From positions 4,559,308 through 4,623,307 of the forward strand of contig MU063892.1 in assembly GCA_013265495.1 (NCBI GenBank): a stretch of 64,000 bases of DNA, written 5' to 3'. Below, one piece after another: positions 38,641-51,117 of this stretch; the first letter of the stretch is position 1, and each line of letters begins with the position of its first letter. A program made the position numbers and the translations under genes. The DNA is from Vicugna vicugna (lineage: Eukaryota). Under the pieces are notes generated by a model that was given only the letters and a program-made list of their open reading frames with translations, was not told where the DNA came from and did not search any database.

Positions 38641-39160
38641 GCTATTAGCATCTTTAACAAGATGAGAAAATCGAGGCTAAGGAATTCCAAATAATAACTT
38701 GATGTGTACTCCAGCCTCTTATGAAGACCCAGTTCTAGAGGGACTGGGGTATAAACAGTGCAAGTTGTTAAGCCAGAAATTGAAGCAGGAATAGGCAAGC
38801 TGAAATGCATAGACTAACCCTGGGGAGACAGGGGGCAGATTTGGTCTCAGGATTACAGCAGTGCTCTGGCCTCAGGAGTAAGCATCGGCCTCAGGCTTCT
38901 GGTACCGTTCTCTGGTCCAGAGAGCTCTGCAGAGCCTAGCTGGGCTGCATGGGTCCAGCCGCCCAGCTACAGGGCCAGAAGGAGCATCGCAGGGAGGTCT
39001 GACCTGACCACAACCCACACCTCCAATATGAGCCGGCCACACCCCACCTTTCCTTGCTGTGACGTATTTTGCACATTAAAAAAAAAGTTTATAATCCCAG
39101 CCGGGCAGGCATAAATCACAGCGCCTCTGTGCAGCAGCAGCAGACGTGACTTATGGCCCC

Positions 39161-39174
39161 ATCGCCATGGCAAC
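39161..39174. promoter_or_regulatory. RFX X-box-like motif ATCGCCATGGCAAC
   Basis: 12/14 match to GTTGCCATGGCAAC, inside a CpG-retaining block. Function not shown. Confidence 0.4.
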
Positions 39175-39649
39175 GGGAGCGCAGCCGGCACAGGCACAAA
39201 AGCACTGTTCCCGCCTGACAGGCCTGTGTGGGGCCCTGATGGAGAGGCAAGTGTTCCAGAGAAAGGATGTATTCTCCGGAACTCACTGCCCATTTGTCTT
39301 CATTCTGCACCAGAGCGAGCCCCTTGCTCATTCTCTCTCCTCGTCCACAGCCGACAGGTTGTCTTCCTCCCTCTCTTCTACATAGGAAGGGCTTTTCTCC
39401 TTTTAACCCCTCCTCCCGGAGGTTTGCAGGAAAGACCCAATTAAAGCTTGTAAAGACCTGGATGGGTCTGCCTGGCCGTCCTCCCTGAGCTGTGAGTTAG
39501 GATGATCGCTTTCACGGCAGGAGCACCGGTCTGTGCCCACACTGTGCACGTATTTCCTCCACAACGCTGGCAAACCGGCCTCTTAGACTTTCTTCCTGCC
39601 TCCGTAACCCCTACCCTCAGAGTCATCCTCTGCATGCAGCTGTAGTGGA

Positions 39650-40370
39650 TGCCTCGAGGTTGTAAACCTGATTTAGATGCCTCCTTTGCTCCCCTTGCCT
39701 GTTGCCAGGAAGATAGAGCCCAAACTTCTCATTGTGACACACAGCCCTGGGCGTCTAGCCCTGCTTCTCTCTCCTGTCACATCCCCACGATCCCTCCTAG
39801 AAGCTCCAGCCTTCTTGAGTGCTTTTAGTTCCCCGTGCCTCTTGTTCCTTCTGCCCCTTCATCTGGCTGTCTTCTACTCATCTACATGGCTCAGTAAATG
39901 CCACCTCCTCCAGGAAGCCTTTTCTGATCCTGCAAGCTCAGTGTAGAATCTCTTTCTCTGTGCATGTCCACAGCATCTGACACTCACGTTGCATAGTGCT
40001 ACTGTGACTCAGGGCTGCTGCATCTGGCTCTTGACACCGTCATATCAATGTCCCACATGGTCTTCAAAAGAGTATCATTTTAATACAAAAACTCAGTTGT
40101 CGTTCCTCTGATTAAACTCATTGCATAATCTTTCCTTGCCCTTATAAGAAGCCCAAACTCCTTGTGCGGCCCCGCCTGAACCTCCAGCCTTGCTCCTGAA
40201 TTGCACTCTGTGCCCAGCCAGCTGGCCTCGGTTCATGTCTAGACATCTTCTGTGCTTGGTTGTCTCCAAGTCTGTTCTGAACACAGAACATCTACTCCCT
40301 GCCCCCATGACCACCATCACCAGTTTCCAATTCCTCTTCATTTTTTAGGCCTCAATATAAATATCTCCTC
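39650..40370 (+). mobile_element. L2 LINE fragments
   Basis: ggctcagtaaatgccacctcctccaggaagcctt; tcctcttcattttttaggcctcaatataaatatctcctc. Confidence 0.65.
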
Positions 40371-40393
40371 TGCTGAGCTCATTTACTAGTGCT

Positions 40394-40395
<2 letters not shown>

Positions 40396-40431
<36 letters not shown>
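40396..40431. repeat. (GT)18 microsatellite
   Basis: Read directly. Confidence 0.95.
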
Positions 40432-40435
<4 letters not shown>

Positions 40436-40575
40436 CTTAGGTTTTTCTATATGTAAAATCCTGTCATCTGCAAGTAGAGATATTTTAATTAATCTGGATG
40501 TCTTTTTTTTTTTTCTTGCCTAACTTCTCTAACTAGAACCTCCAGTACAATGTTAAATAGAACTGGCAAGAGTTT
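40431..40575 (-). mobile_element. Old L1 ORF2 fragment
   Basis: tcctgtcatctgcaagtagagata...ctagaacctccagtacaatgttaaatag. Confidence 0.7.
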
Positions 40576-41204
40576 TTACTTCTTCTTACAACTGTTCTGG
40601 AAGTCTGATATTATACTAACATAAAACATTAAAAAAATAAATACCATAGACCCTACCTTCAAGAATTCCAGTTGGGGTGATACTGAGGCAGTGGCATTTT
40701 TTAAAAGCTCCCAGTTGGTGGGAAGGCACATTAAGGGTTGAGACGTCCTAGATCAACCTCTCTGGGAAGAGGCCTTTGACCTTCTGCACCGCAGCATGGG
40801 TCACAGTGGATTGTAATTTCTCATGAAGGTTTCCATTTACACTGTGAATCCTGCGTGAGCTGGGATGGGAGAAGGTTTTTCTTGCTCAGCATCGTATCCA
40901 CAGCAATAGCACCTGGTGCAGAATAGACTGGGAAAAAAATTAAATGCCAAAGTCTGTAACTCTCTCTCCAACCCCGTGGGATACGTAACACTGGCCCATT
41001 CTATGGAGGGAAAAAATGAGGCTGAGAAAGGTGAAGCAATTTGCCTGGGACCACACCAGTTAGAGCATAGGGCAGATGGGGATTCAAATCCCTGCCCATA
41101 CAGATCAAAGCTGGTACTTTTTCCACCTCTATCAGGCCCTCAGTCACACATGTGAGAGGAAATGTGGCCTGTCCAGGCTCACACAGTGGGCCAGTCAAGA
41201 GTGG

Positions 41205-41470
41205 ATTAGCACAAGGGGCTCTGACTCTGAGCCCATTTCATGGCCAGTTCCACTACCCTGGAATTGCTGGAAATACCGACCAATGATTGATGGGGCCTCT
41301 GCCATTAATGAGCTCAATGACCATTGGCGAACACCTTGTCTTCTCTGAGCTTCCAGTTTCCCTATTCAAAACTGAACAACTAACTTTGTCAGGTAGTTAT
41401 AAGGCCTAAATGATGGAGGATCAATTGCACAGTACTGAGAGCCTAGCATGGGGTCTGGCATTCAGCACAT
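41205..41470 (+). mobile_element. MIR remnant
   Basis: ctctgagcttccagtttccctattc...gcacagtactgagagcc...cagcacatgctcaata. Confidence 0.55.
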
Positions 41471-41522
41471 GCTCAATACAGGACACCAAACCTTTTTGTT
41501 AAGGAAAAATAACAGTAAAGGT

Positions 41523-41922
41523 ATAGTCTGTTCATCCTGCATCCATGGGTTCCACATCAGTGAGTTGCGCCAGCCGTGGGTTCTGCCAACCACAGATCAA
41601 AAATATTCGAAAAGACCCAAAAAACAAACAAACAAATATTTGAAAAGAAAATTCCATAAAGTTTCAAAAAGCAAATTTGAATGTGCTGTGTGGGGCAACT
41701 ACTTACATAGTATTTACATTGTATTTCCAACNNNNNNNNNNNNNNNNNNNNNNNNNNNNNNNNNNNNNNNNNNNNNNNNNNNNNNNNNNNNNNNNNNNNN
41801 NNNNNNNNNNNNNNNNNNNNNNNNNNNNNNNNNNNNNNNNNNNNNNNNNNNNNNNNNNNNNNNNNNNNNNNATCCTGGAGGTCTTGGAACTAATCCTCCA
41901 TGGATACCCAGGGAATGGCTCT
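41523..41922 (-). mobile_element. MER2/MER2B (TcMar-Tigger) MITE with an internal 139-N run
   Basis: catccatgggttccacatc...caaccacagatcaaaaatattcg...tatttacattgtatt...ggaactaatcctccatggatacc. Confidence 0.85.
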
Positions 41923-43899
41923 ATCCCCTGGGGAGCAGCTACCCCAGAGGATGCTGAAAATCCTCTCAACATTCTTGTTGACCAACGCCCTGGACTCCAT
42001 AACGCCAGTCCTAACCAGGGGCTTGAAAATTCAAACTGGAAACTGCAGATGCAAAAATTAATGTCTCATCATGGGCTCCTCTGGGCCTCCCTGCCTTCCT
42101 CTCAGCAGGCATCGGGCCCTAGCAGCACCTGCTACCTGCAGAACACTCAGGAAATTGGCTTGGTTAGAGTATCTCAATAGCTTGCTCTGTAGCCAAAACG
42201 ATTCCTAGTAGAAAGGGCAAGGGTTTTGGAGTCGAGCGCATTTAGACTCAATTCTGACTCTAACACAGCCTCTCTGTGGTTTTGGGCACCTCACTTACCA
42301 TTGCTGGGTCTCAGTTTCCTCATCAATAAAACATAATCATTGTACCTTCTGTTCAGCTGTGAAAAGTCAATGCACGGATTCACTGATGCCAAGCAATCAG
42401 CAGTTAATGTTATTTGCCTCGATGAATGGGAGAGTTAAAATCACAGACTGTCCTGCCAGGAACAGATATTTGTGGAGGACCTACTGGGTTGGAGGAGGAG
42501 GAGACCTGAGAAGTAAACTCCTCCATCCCATCCTTTTAGAACAGAGAAGCTGAGGCGCAGAGATGTCATGGGGCTTGCCCACCATCACACTGCGAGGCAG
42601 TGGAACAGGCCATCTGGGTCCCTGTCAAGGGGCCCTTTGCTTTTCATTGGGCTGCATCTCCACGGTCCAGGTCAGCACAGATGTCCCTTCTTCCAGAATC
42701 ACCAGTGGCTGAGCAGGAATCGGGCCCCTCATTGGAGGTTGTAATCAAAAGCAGCCTTGAGCCTTGGGGAGGCTTGAGGCCAATATCAGCGGCCCTGGGC
42801 TCCTGACAGCAGGTGTGGATGATGAATGGGCAGCTTAACGTGATGGAGCAAATTGATCATTGCGTCACCGACCACAACTTATTCATTTCTGCAAAGAGGG
42901 CAGTTCATTACTCTGCATGTCACACTGTCCGTGTCATCACCAGAGATAAAAACCCGAGGCCTCACAGCCTGAGACTCTCATCACATCTCACCTCTACTTA
43001 ATGGGAGAACAAGGATGCTGAAATGGAGCACCAGATACTCAAGGCTGCTCCAGGGTCCTCCCTAGCCTGGCCAGAACCTGGGAGCTGCTGCTTCTTCACT
43101 AGGAAATGAACAGGACCAAAGCCCTCAAGGGCTTTTAAAGCAATCACCAGTAGCCAATAAGTCACATCTTTCAGGCCAGTCTTATACTTTCTGCAGGATG
43201 ATGTTGAGACGGATTCTGAGGCTAGATGTGAGTGCAATAAGAATGAAAGCCAGAATCCATTAGTGATGTCTGCAGGGGGTCAAAAGTAAGTAGTTGGACA
43301 GTTCTCTATCTATAATCCTCCATCCAGTGAAGGTGAAGGTTGGACTATTCATTCAGCTCTCAAGTTCTGTTGTCAAATCCTCACCAGGATCAAAAATAAA
43401 CTAAAAGGCAGTTAAAAACAGAGCGTGCAGTTATAGACATTAAATGAAGTGCTTACATCTTATTGTTATTTCAATCAATGCAGCAGCTCTCAACTACATG
43501 TAGCCCTGCCTACAGGTTTTATCCAGATAAGTTTTTGGTTAAGTTGCAAGAAATGTAACACCCAAAATAGACAGATTACTCACATTATCCTGGATTGTAA
43601 TATTTTAAAGTGCAAGGTCTCAACCCAGAGTTTAGATAAGTTGCAAAGATAATAATACTAGTAACAGTCAAATAACTCAAGTTTGAAAATATTTTTTCTC
43701 TGAGAGGGTTTTTTTTTTTAATACTGTGGGTTCAAAGTGATAACTAAAATAGTAGCCTTCACTCGAATTGTGGAATGTTTTCTTTTTAGTAGAAGAGAGA
43801 AAAATGGGATAATATATAAGTTGCTGGTGATGCACACTTACGCATCGCCACTGACAGAATCTGCGGTACCTCCCTGAGCTTCTGCCGCCACGTAGACAA

Positions 43900-44060
43900 C
43901 TGGGCTTCATCTGTACCTTCCTCCTCTTCCATTGACCTGTGGGGTATGACCCGCTCCTGTCTCAGGCAAATTCTTCTGCCTGGGCTCTGGAGGCCACGCA
44001 CTCTGACTTACTGAGAGACCTCATGTTATTGATTATACCCTCCCTTTCCTGTATCTTTGC
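43900..44060 (+). mobile_element. L2 ORF2-region remnant
   Basis: ctcctgtctcaggcaaattc...gcctgggctctgga...acttactgagagac resembles the L2 internal consensus as recalled. Confidence 0.5.
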
Positions 44061-44187
44061 AATAGAAACCAGACTGTCTTCGTAGTTGGTGACAACAACC
44101 AACCTTAACCAGCTTCATTATAAATGAGAACCCGGTGGTTCTTATGATAGAGATGGGTTCATACATGGAAAACATGGATAAACGGGA

Positions 44188-44221
44188 CTCTCTCTCTCTC
44201 TCTGTCTCTGTCTCTCTCTCC
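44188..44221. repeat. Imperfect (CT)n tract
   Basis: Read directly. Confidence 0.9.
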
Positions 44222-44909
44222 CTAACACCCTCCTTCTCTTATCTCCTGTCTCTGTGTTGACCACAGTATTTCCACATCCTCCATAAAGTATGGGATGTGG
44301 GCAGCAAGAGCTTTGGAGACATATTTTTACATCTTGAACATAAAGGAAACAAAGAATGCCTCCTTTCTTCCGTGTGTTGTATAAAATCCCAGAGAAGGAT
44401 TTGTGCTGGCTCAGCCTGATGCCTCTGCCCTTTGCTGGGACACTTATTACTGAGGAGGATCAGGCACTGTAATTGATCGAGCCTGGCATGTGCTGTGGCC
44501 AGGATGGCAGCGGGCTTATATAGCTGTCCCTTTCTCTCCCCCCAACGCCATGTGAAGTGAGAAAGAGGTAATTCTGGAAAGTAAAGGAAAAGAAAAGGAG
44601 AAAGAAAACTGGGTGATGTTATCAGAATAAGGTGGAAAGGGATGCTTACCAAGTGAAAACAATAACCACCATGACAATCTTCCAGTATTGGCCAGTTTGC
44701 ATCCAGTATTAAACATAGCCAACCATATCTCTTATTAAAAATAAATAATTTTAAAAAGCAATAATTATTCTCTCTTAATCATGTTCCTCCTTCTGTTAAT
44801 CCACTTTTGCTCTCCATCAATGAACAGCCACATTTATTTAATGAAAAAAAACTGTTTTTGGTGTTTCCTAGCCACTTCACAGCTTTCTGGTAGATAGGTT
44901 CCTTTAGCC

Positions 44910-45130
44910 CAGTGGTTCCTAACCAGGGACACCTTTGCCCCCTTGCCCCACCACCCAAGACATTTGGCGATGTCTAGAAACAATTTTGGCTGCCACAGAT
45001 GGGAAGATGCAACTGGCTTCTAGTGGGTGGAGGCCATGGATGTTGCTAAACATCCTAAGTACACAGCACAGCCCCTCACAGCAAAGAACCAAATAGCTCC
45101 AAGTGCCACTAGCGCCCAGATGGGGAATCT
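44910..45130 (+). mobile_element. MER20 (hAT)
   Basis: cagtggttcctaacc...gacatttggcgatgtctag...ctagtgggtggaggcc...gctaaacatcct. Confidence 0.85.
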
Positions 45131-45779
45131 AGGACCCTTCTCCTAGAGCTGTCGCCTCCATTCTTGACTGCCGTGCATGTTCTCTTATAGACCTCCCTGA
45201 GAGACCACCCAAACTCCCAGCTGATACTGGAACCAAACAAAGAAGAAAGAAAAAAATCCTGCCATTAATTGAGCATTTACCATATGTGAGGCTGTGGACT
45301 AAATGTGTTTCTTGCACACTTCTAATCCTCACAAAGGCATTATAGAATAGGTACTGTTAGGGTACCTAAAGCCTCACATCCTTCTTGCAGGGAAAATCAA
45401 GATCCAAACTCAAATCTGTCTGATTCCAGAGTCAGTGCCTTTGGTCACTAAGCAGTAAGTGTTCTGGATCCCTCACTCTATCGACCCAGAAGCTGTGAGG
45501 GTAGGCATCATCCTTCCTCCTCCTAGATTGGCCCACTTGGATATGAGCACATTCTGGAACTGGGCATCACATGACCTGCACCCGGCTCTGCCAGGCTCCA
45601 GCACCTGCACGGGTTCTGGTAACAGTCTCAGTTCATCATCTCTTCCTCCTCTAGAGGACAAGAAGATATTAGCATTCTATGAATGAGGGTGAGAGGGAGA
45701 GAGAGAGGGAGAGAATTAGTATTTCTCTAGTATACTTTGAATAAGTGATGATAAATACATTGTAAAGAACTCGAGGAAA

Positions 45780-45783
<4 letters not shown>

Positions 45784-45813
<30 letters not shown>
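45784..45813. repeat. (AC)15 microsatellite
   Basis: Read directly. Confidence 0.95.
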
Positions 45814-45818
<5 letters not shown>

Positions 45819-46094
45819 TACATATGTACATATACCAGTTTATATCACTGAGAAGCAACAAATAATTCTAGACCAGGACTGACATATAAATAGATGCTAT
45901 GTACTACGTGGCCTTTTTAGATGATCACCAAGTACAGGAGCGTATTCAAACTCAGAGAAATCCAATGTTTGCCAGACTCAGTTGACCTTAGATCTCTTTT
46001 TTCACAGAGTATTTATTAACACTCTACTGGAATATATTTTGAGAGATGCTAATCAAATGTGATTGTTTTAATACCAAAAGAAACCAAAATACCT

Positions 46095-46146
46095 TTCTCT
46101 CCTCTCTCCCTGTGTCTCTCTCTGTCTCTGTCTCTCTGTCTCTCTT

Positions 46147-46188
<42 letters not shown>

Positions 46189-46190
46189 AC
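46095..46190. repeat. Compound imperfect (CT)n then (AC)13
   Basis: Read directly. Confidence 0.9.
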
Positions 46191-46204
46191 AAGCTAAAGT
46201 TTAA

Positions 46205-47190
46205 CTCTATCTACTGAAGATAAAGGGCCTGGGACCAGCAATGCCTGCCCCCTCCCCCCACCCCAACACACAATAGCAATGAGCATACCTAGTGTCTAGA
46301 TTTTGGCTTCTACATACCACTTCCACTAAATGGAGTCCCACTTCTTTGAAGAAATGGCTGATTCCAGGGCTAGGACAAGAAAAATAAAACATCTTAAGTC
46401 AGAATGATGGGGACATGTTAAAGGACACAGGAGCCAGCTTGAAGAAGCTTTCACTGGCCAAATCTGGTACAATTTCAGAATCAAATAATGACAGTGACAT
46501 ATAACCTAGTCAATAACATAGGAAATCACTGTTCAATACTAATATGCATTAATAAGTGGATATATTGCCAAGTTTGATGAGGAAAGAGATATTTACACAG
46601 TTTCAAATTACCTCCCCACAGAAGACAATAATTATAGAGGGAATAGCATTACTTTAGAAGAGAAGGCTGGCAGACAACACCTGAATTGAATGAATAAAGG
46701 ATCACCCTAAATGGGACAAGTCAAAATCATGTGCCACTTGATAGAATGCCCTGACAAAGAAACATGACTTCTGTGATAATATTTTCTAAAGATGCATTAT
46801 CTGACTCCGATCATGAAGAGACAGACAAACCCAAATTGAGAAGAGATGATATTCAGAAGCTTCAAGATTATGAAAGATTAGAAAAAAACTGAGGACACGT
46901 TCTAGACTGAAGAAACTTAAAGAAATGACAAATAAAGGCAGCACATTATTCTGACCTGGATCCTTTCCGCTAAAGTCCATTTTGGGACATTTGGCAAGAC
47001 TTGAATAGGACTTGGGGGTTCTATGGTAGTAATGCAACAGTGTTAATTTCCTGATTTTGATGATTATATTGTTGTTACGTATGAGGCTGTTTTTGTTTGT
47101 AGACAATACCACTACAGTGTTCAAAGTAATGGGCAATCTGACTGACATCTTACTCTCCAGCGGTTCACAGGTAAAGATTCTTTGGTCTGA
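46205..47190 (+). mobile_element. Old L1 (L1MC-type) 3' UTR
   Basis: gacaaacccaaattgag...gttctagactgaag...gttaatttcctgattttgatg. Confidence 0.7.
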
Positions 47191-49099
47191 CCAGGAATAT
47201 AAAAACACTGCCTGAATCAAAGTTTTGCTCTTTGAGAATGAGTCTGTTTCTCTGCTGGCTAGATTTGGACCAAATGTCTCTCTTCATTTGGACCAAATGA
47301 AACTCTCTTCAAGAGTAACAAGAAGATGGAGCCCACCCTCCCTTTTTTAAGAAGAGAGTCTAGAGCTCTGGGATACACAGAGGCAAATGAAAGAGAGAAA
47401 GTAATTGAGATGGAAAATCAAAGTTGTTTACATGTTAATTACTCCATGAGCTCTGTTACTGGTCCCTTTGGGAAGTGAGAAGTATCTTCCCAGAAGGAGT
47501 AACAACCTCATCAACTCAGACGTCTCCATGAGATTTCCCACGTTCATTATCCCATTGTTCCTCAAACAGCCCATGGAGGCAGAGTGAACAGAGAATATGA
47601 ATCCAGTCTCACACGATGAGAAACTACATCCCCCAGAAGTTAAGCAACTTCCCAACACCACACAAATGGCAGAAAATGGTGCAATGAATCAAATCCAGAA
47701 CTGTCTGACTCCAAAGTCCCTTTAGAGTTCACCCTCTGCCTTCCAAGATCACATCACATAGCGTCTCCCTCAAAGAAATAGCAACATTTAGTCTGTGATT
47801 ACTAAAGATGCATCATTCCTCTCTGTTCCCATATTCTGTATTGGCTTTATACATGTTGGAGAATTTTGTCCCCCTTTTTCCCCTCTTGAAATTAAAGGGC
47901 AATCTCATTTTTTGGCAAAATGCATACTTGTGGCCAGTCACTCAGGATAACTGAAGCCTGTGGTCCCAATTTCAGGTATGGAGGTAGGGTGTAGGGTGAC
48001 GAGAAGCCTTTGCAGGTGAAGGTGACACATGAATCCTCTAGTCTGCAGAGTTCCTGGATCACTCACTACCCTCATGTACCCTCTTCCTGCCCCATAACCT
48101 TCCCACCTGGAGGTGAGATCCTTCTCCCTTTCTCAAAGGCTCAATTTCCTGATCTTACTGAACAACACTCGTGAGTAGACAGGTTTAATCCACGCCCCGG
48201 CTCCAGGTTGCCTCTGTTTTATTGTCTTCATCCTTCATCCCAGTGCTAACAGTCAAAGGTCATTATTAGATTTCCAGAAAGCTGTGCAGCTGAGGAATTT
48301 ATTAATTTTTCCCTTTGGCTACCAAAAAACCTATAATCGTTATCAGAGAATTTAAAAGAGAATGCAAGGAGGAGAGAGGGTTTTGGGTTAGGGGTGAGGG
48401 AAATAAACAGATGCTGTCTAGTTCTAAGATGCTTTTAATGTCCAGAATCTCCCACGGGGCAGCTTCCCATTTTCTCACACTAGGTTCCACATGAATTGGC
48501 CAGCAGCCTCAGGGATGGTGAAAACTCTTGATAGAAGAGAGAGTTCACTGGGGGCTGAAGTATTCATAAAAGGTTTCAGGCAGAAGAGGAGGAATAGGGT
48601 GAATTGAGGGGAGCCAAGGACTCATGGTCCTAGAAAATGCAGGAAGGAACTGTGTGTGTCTTGCTCATGACTGCAATTCCAGCACTAAGGATAATATTGA
48701 ACAAACTATAAACCTCAAAGCATTTGTGATCAATAGAAAAGTGGAAAGAAGGAAGGAAGGGAGGAGGGTAAGAGGGTGAGAGGGAATGAGGGAGGGAGAA
48801 GGGGAGGGAGGGGCATGAGTGAAGGCTAGAGAGGTAAAAGGCAATGGACATATGCATAAGAGATTGCTTCTAAACATCAGTTTGGTTGTATGTTAACCAT
48901 GAATGTCTTACTTTGTCCCCCACTCCCATCCCCACCATCACCTTCAGGAAAAAGGCTGTTTTGCTCTCCGAAACACAGGCTGTATGTTTGATATTCATTC
49001 CCCCTTTCTTTGCTCATAAACCTGGATTTGGTACAAATGTCTACCCTGTGGTTCAGGGAAGGGTGAACCCCATCCGTTTCTAAAAGCTAATAAGGATTT

Positions 49100-49539
49100 G
49101 TCTAAACCAATATGATGGATTCTACTTGCCTGTTTGGTCAAGGTCAGTATGTGAACCTCAGTCCTGGCCAGTGAGACATAGTGGGGATGGGAAGGTGGTC
49201 CCAAAAAGGTGCCCTTGCTCTTAAGGAGACACTGTAAGTGATGGTTACTATCTGATCTTGGGCTTTGCCACGTCTGGCCAGGAAGCCTGAAAATGTTCTG
49301 CCTTTTTGAGGCCATGAAGTGAGTCAACTTGAGAGAGTTAAGCCAGTGCTGAGCTTAGCAGAGTGGAGAGATGGAAACCTGGGGCCTGATAACACAGTTG
49401 AGCTGCTGAATTGAACACCTCTGAAGCTCTCCCTATCTCTGGGCTTTGTAATATAAGCAACACTTCATGTCTTTATAGATTAAGCCAGTTACAGTCATAC
49501 TTTTCTACTTCTTTGACACAGAGGCATCCAAACAAATAC
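49100..49539 (+). mobile_element. Old MLT1 (J-like) LTR
   Basis: gttgagctgctgaat...ttaagccagtt...gcatccaaacaaataca end motif. Confidence 0.6.
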
Positions 49540-49789
49540 AGCACCTCAATCTGATGGAATCCAGTCCCTCACAACATTTCAAGCCTCATCTCCAACCAGC
49601 GTTGCCCCTGTCTCTACATTCCAGCCGCATCACGTTGTTTATGGTTCCCCAAATACATCCCATCGATTCATTCATGTCTTTGCCCCTGCTTTTCATCTGG
49701 TCTCCTCTCCCATGTGTCTAGAGGACAGATCATATTTCCTCTCCCAAAACTAACTGAGATGTCACCTCCTCTGATCTGTGTGTCTATAG

Positions 49790-50030
49790 CATGAAGGTCG
49801 AGAGCATGATCCTGGAATCCAAGATGCTTGGATTTGAATTGCAGCTCTGCCACCTACTACGTTTGTGCCCTTGAGCATTTTGTTTAATCTTGTTTGGCTT
49901 TCGTTCCTCCCTTTATAAAATGCAAATAACAACAGGCCCTCCCCTGTAGTGTAGTTATAAGAAATGATGTGAGTTCATATATGTCTAAGCACTGAGAACA
50001 GTGTCCAGCACATAGTAAGTGCTGCATAAA
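49790..50030 (+). mobile_element. MIR
   Basis: ttgaattgcagctctgccacct...taagcactgagaacagtgtccagcacatagtaagtgct. Confidence 0.8.
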
Positions 50031-50461
50031 TTCACCGTTATGGTTCTATTTGTCTGTTTTATATCCGTCTTCACAATGAACAGCCGAGTCTGTGAACTCT
50101 TTGAGGGCAGAAGCTTTTCATTTCTTTATCCTCCACACCTGTCATAGAGCCATGCATTGCTAAAGAAAGTGCCTAGAACAAAGCAAACCAACAAAGTCTC
50201 GTGGGATGGGATGACATAGGCTCAAGTAGGATGGAAGGCTTGAAATGCAGTGAAGGAAACAGAGCACACGTGATGGTGTGGGAGGCCAGTGCATTTAAAG
50301 CAAAAGACGCTGCACGGAGCTAAGCCTCTCCGCCCTAGCGTTTGTGTTTTGAATGTCAGGCCAAAGGTACAGTTTTTATCTTGAAGAAATTAGGGAAGCA
50401 TTGATGATCTCAATCTGCAGAAGTGCATAATCACATGTATATCCAAAAGATGAATCTGCCT

Positions 50462-50598
50462 TTTTGTAAGAGCTTTTTTGAGATATAATTTACAGACCAT
50501 AATAGTCACCCATTTTAAGTGTTCATTTCAGCAAGTTTTGGTAAATTTACAGAGTTGTATAACCATCACCAAAATCCAATCTTAGAACATTTGAATCA
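50462..50598 (-). mobile_element. Old L1 3' end fragment
   Basis: tttttgagatataatttacagacc...cacccattttaagtg...tttacagagttgtataaccatcacc. Confidence 0.75.
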
Positions 50599-50707
50599 GG
50601 CTTCTCTAGAAGTGTGGGTTGAACTGTAAACACTCTTACGTAAACAGGCCATGTAGGGGCCCAGTCTTGTAGGTTCAGCCAGAAGCGGAGGCGGCAGCAG
50701 CAGGAAG

Positions 50708-51117
50708 TGTAACCGAGCGGGACTCTATGGGATCACTTCCAGGGACCCTCCCCCATATCCTCTGCTGTAGCTCCTCTCGGAAGTACCCAGATAATAGTAT
50801 CTCATGCATATTTCCTGAGTTTTTCAGATGCTAAAAACAGCCACCAAATGGAAGAAATTAACTACTTGATGATCACGAGCATGTGGCCCCCAGACCCTCT
50901 GGCCCCAAAGGGTTGATCACCATCAATCAATCGAGAACTGTGCACCCTGGGCCCCTCCGTCACCTGCCCCTCCCTCACCTGGGCTTTGGGGATTTTTTGG
51001 GCATGAGCCACTCTCCTTGCTTGGCCCTGCAGTAAACCTGTCTCTGCTCCAGCTCCGACGTTTCGATGTCATTTGGCCTCACTGTGCATCCTGCACATGA
51101 ACTTCTGTTTGGTGACG
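50708..51117 (+). mobile_element. ERV1-class solo LTR (laurasiatherian MER41-like family)
   Basis: Starts tgtaaccgagcgggac; contains catgagccac...ggccctgcagtaaacctgtctctgctcc...ccgacgtttcg...tttggcctcactgtg; CpGs retained. No clear TSD found. Confidence 0.75.
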
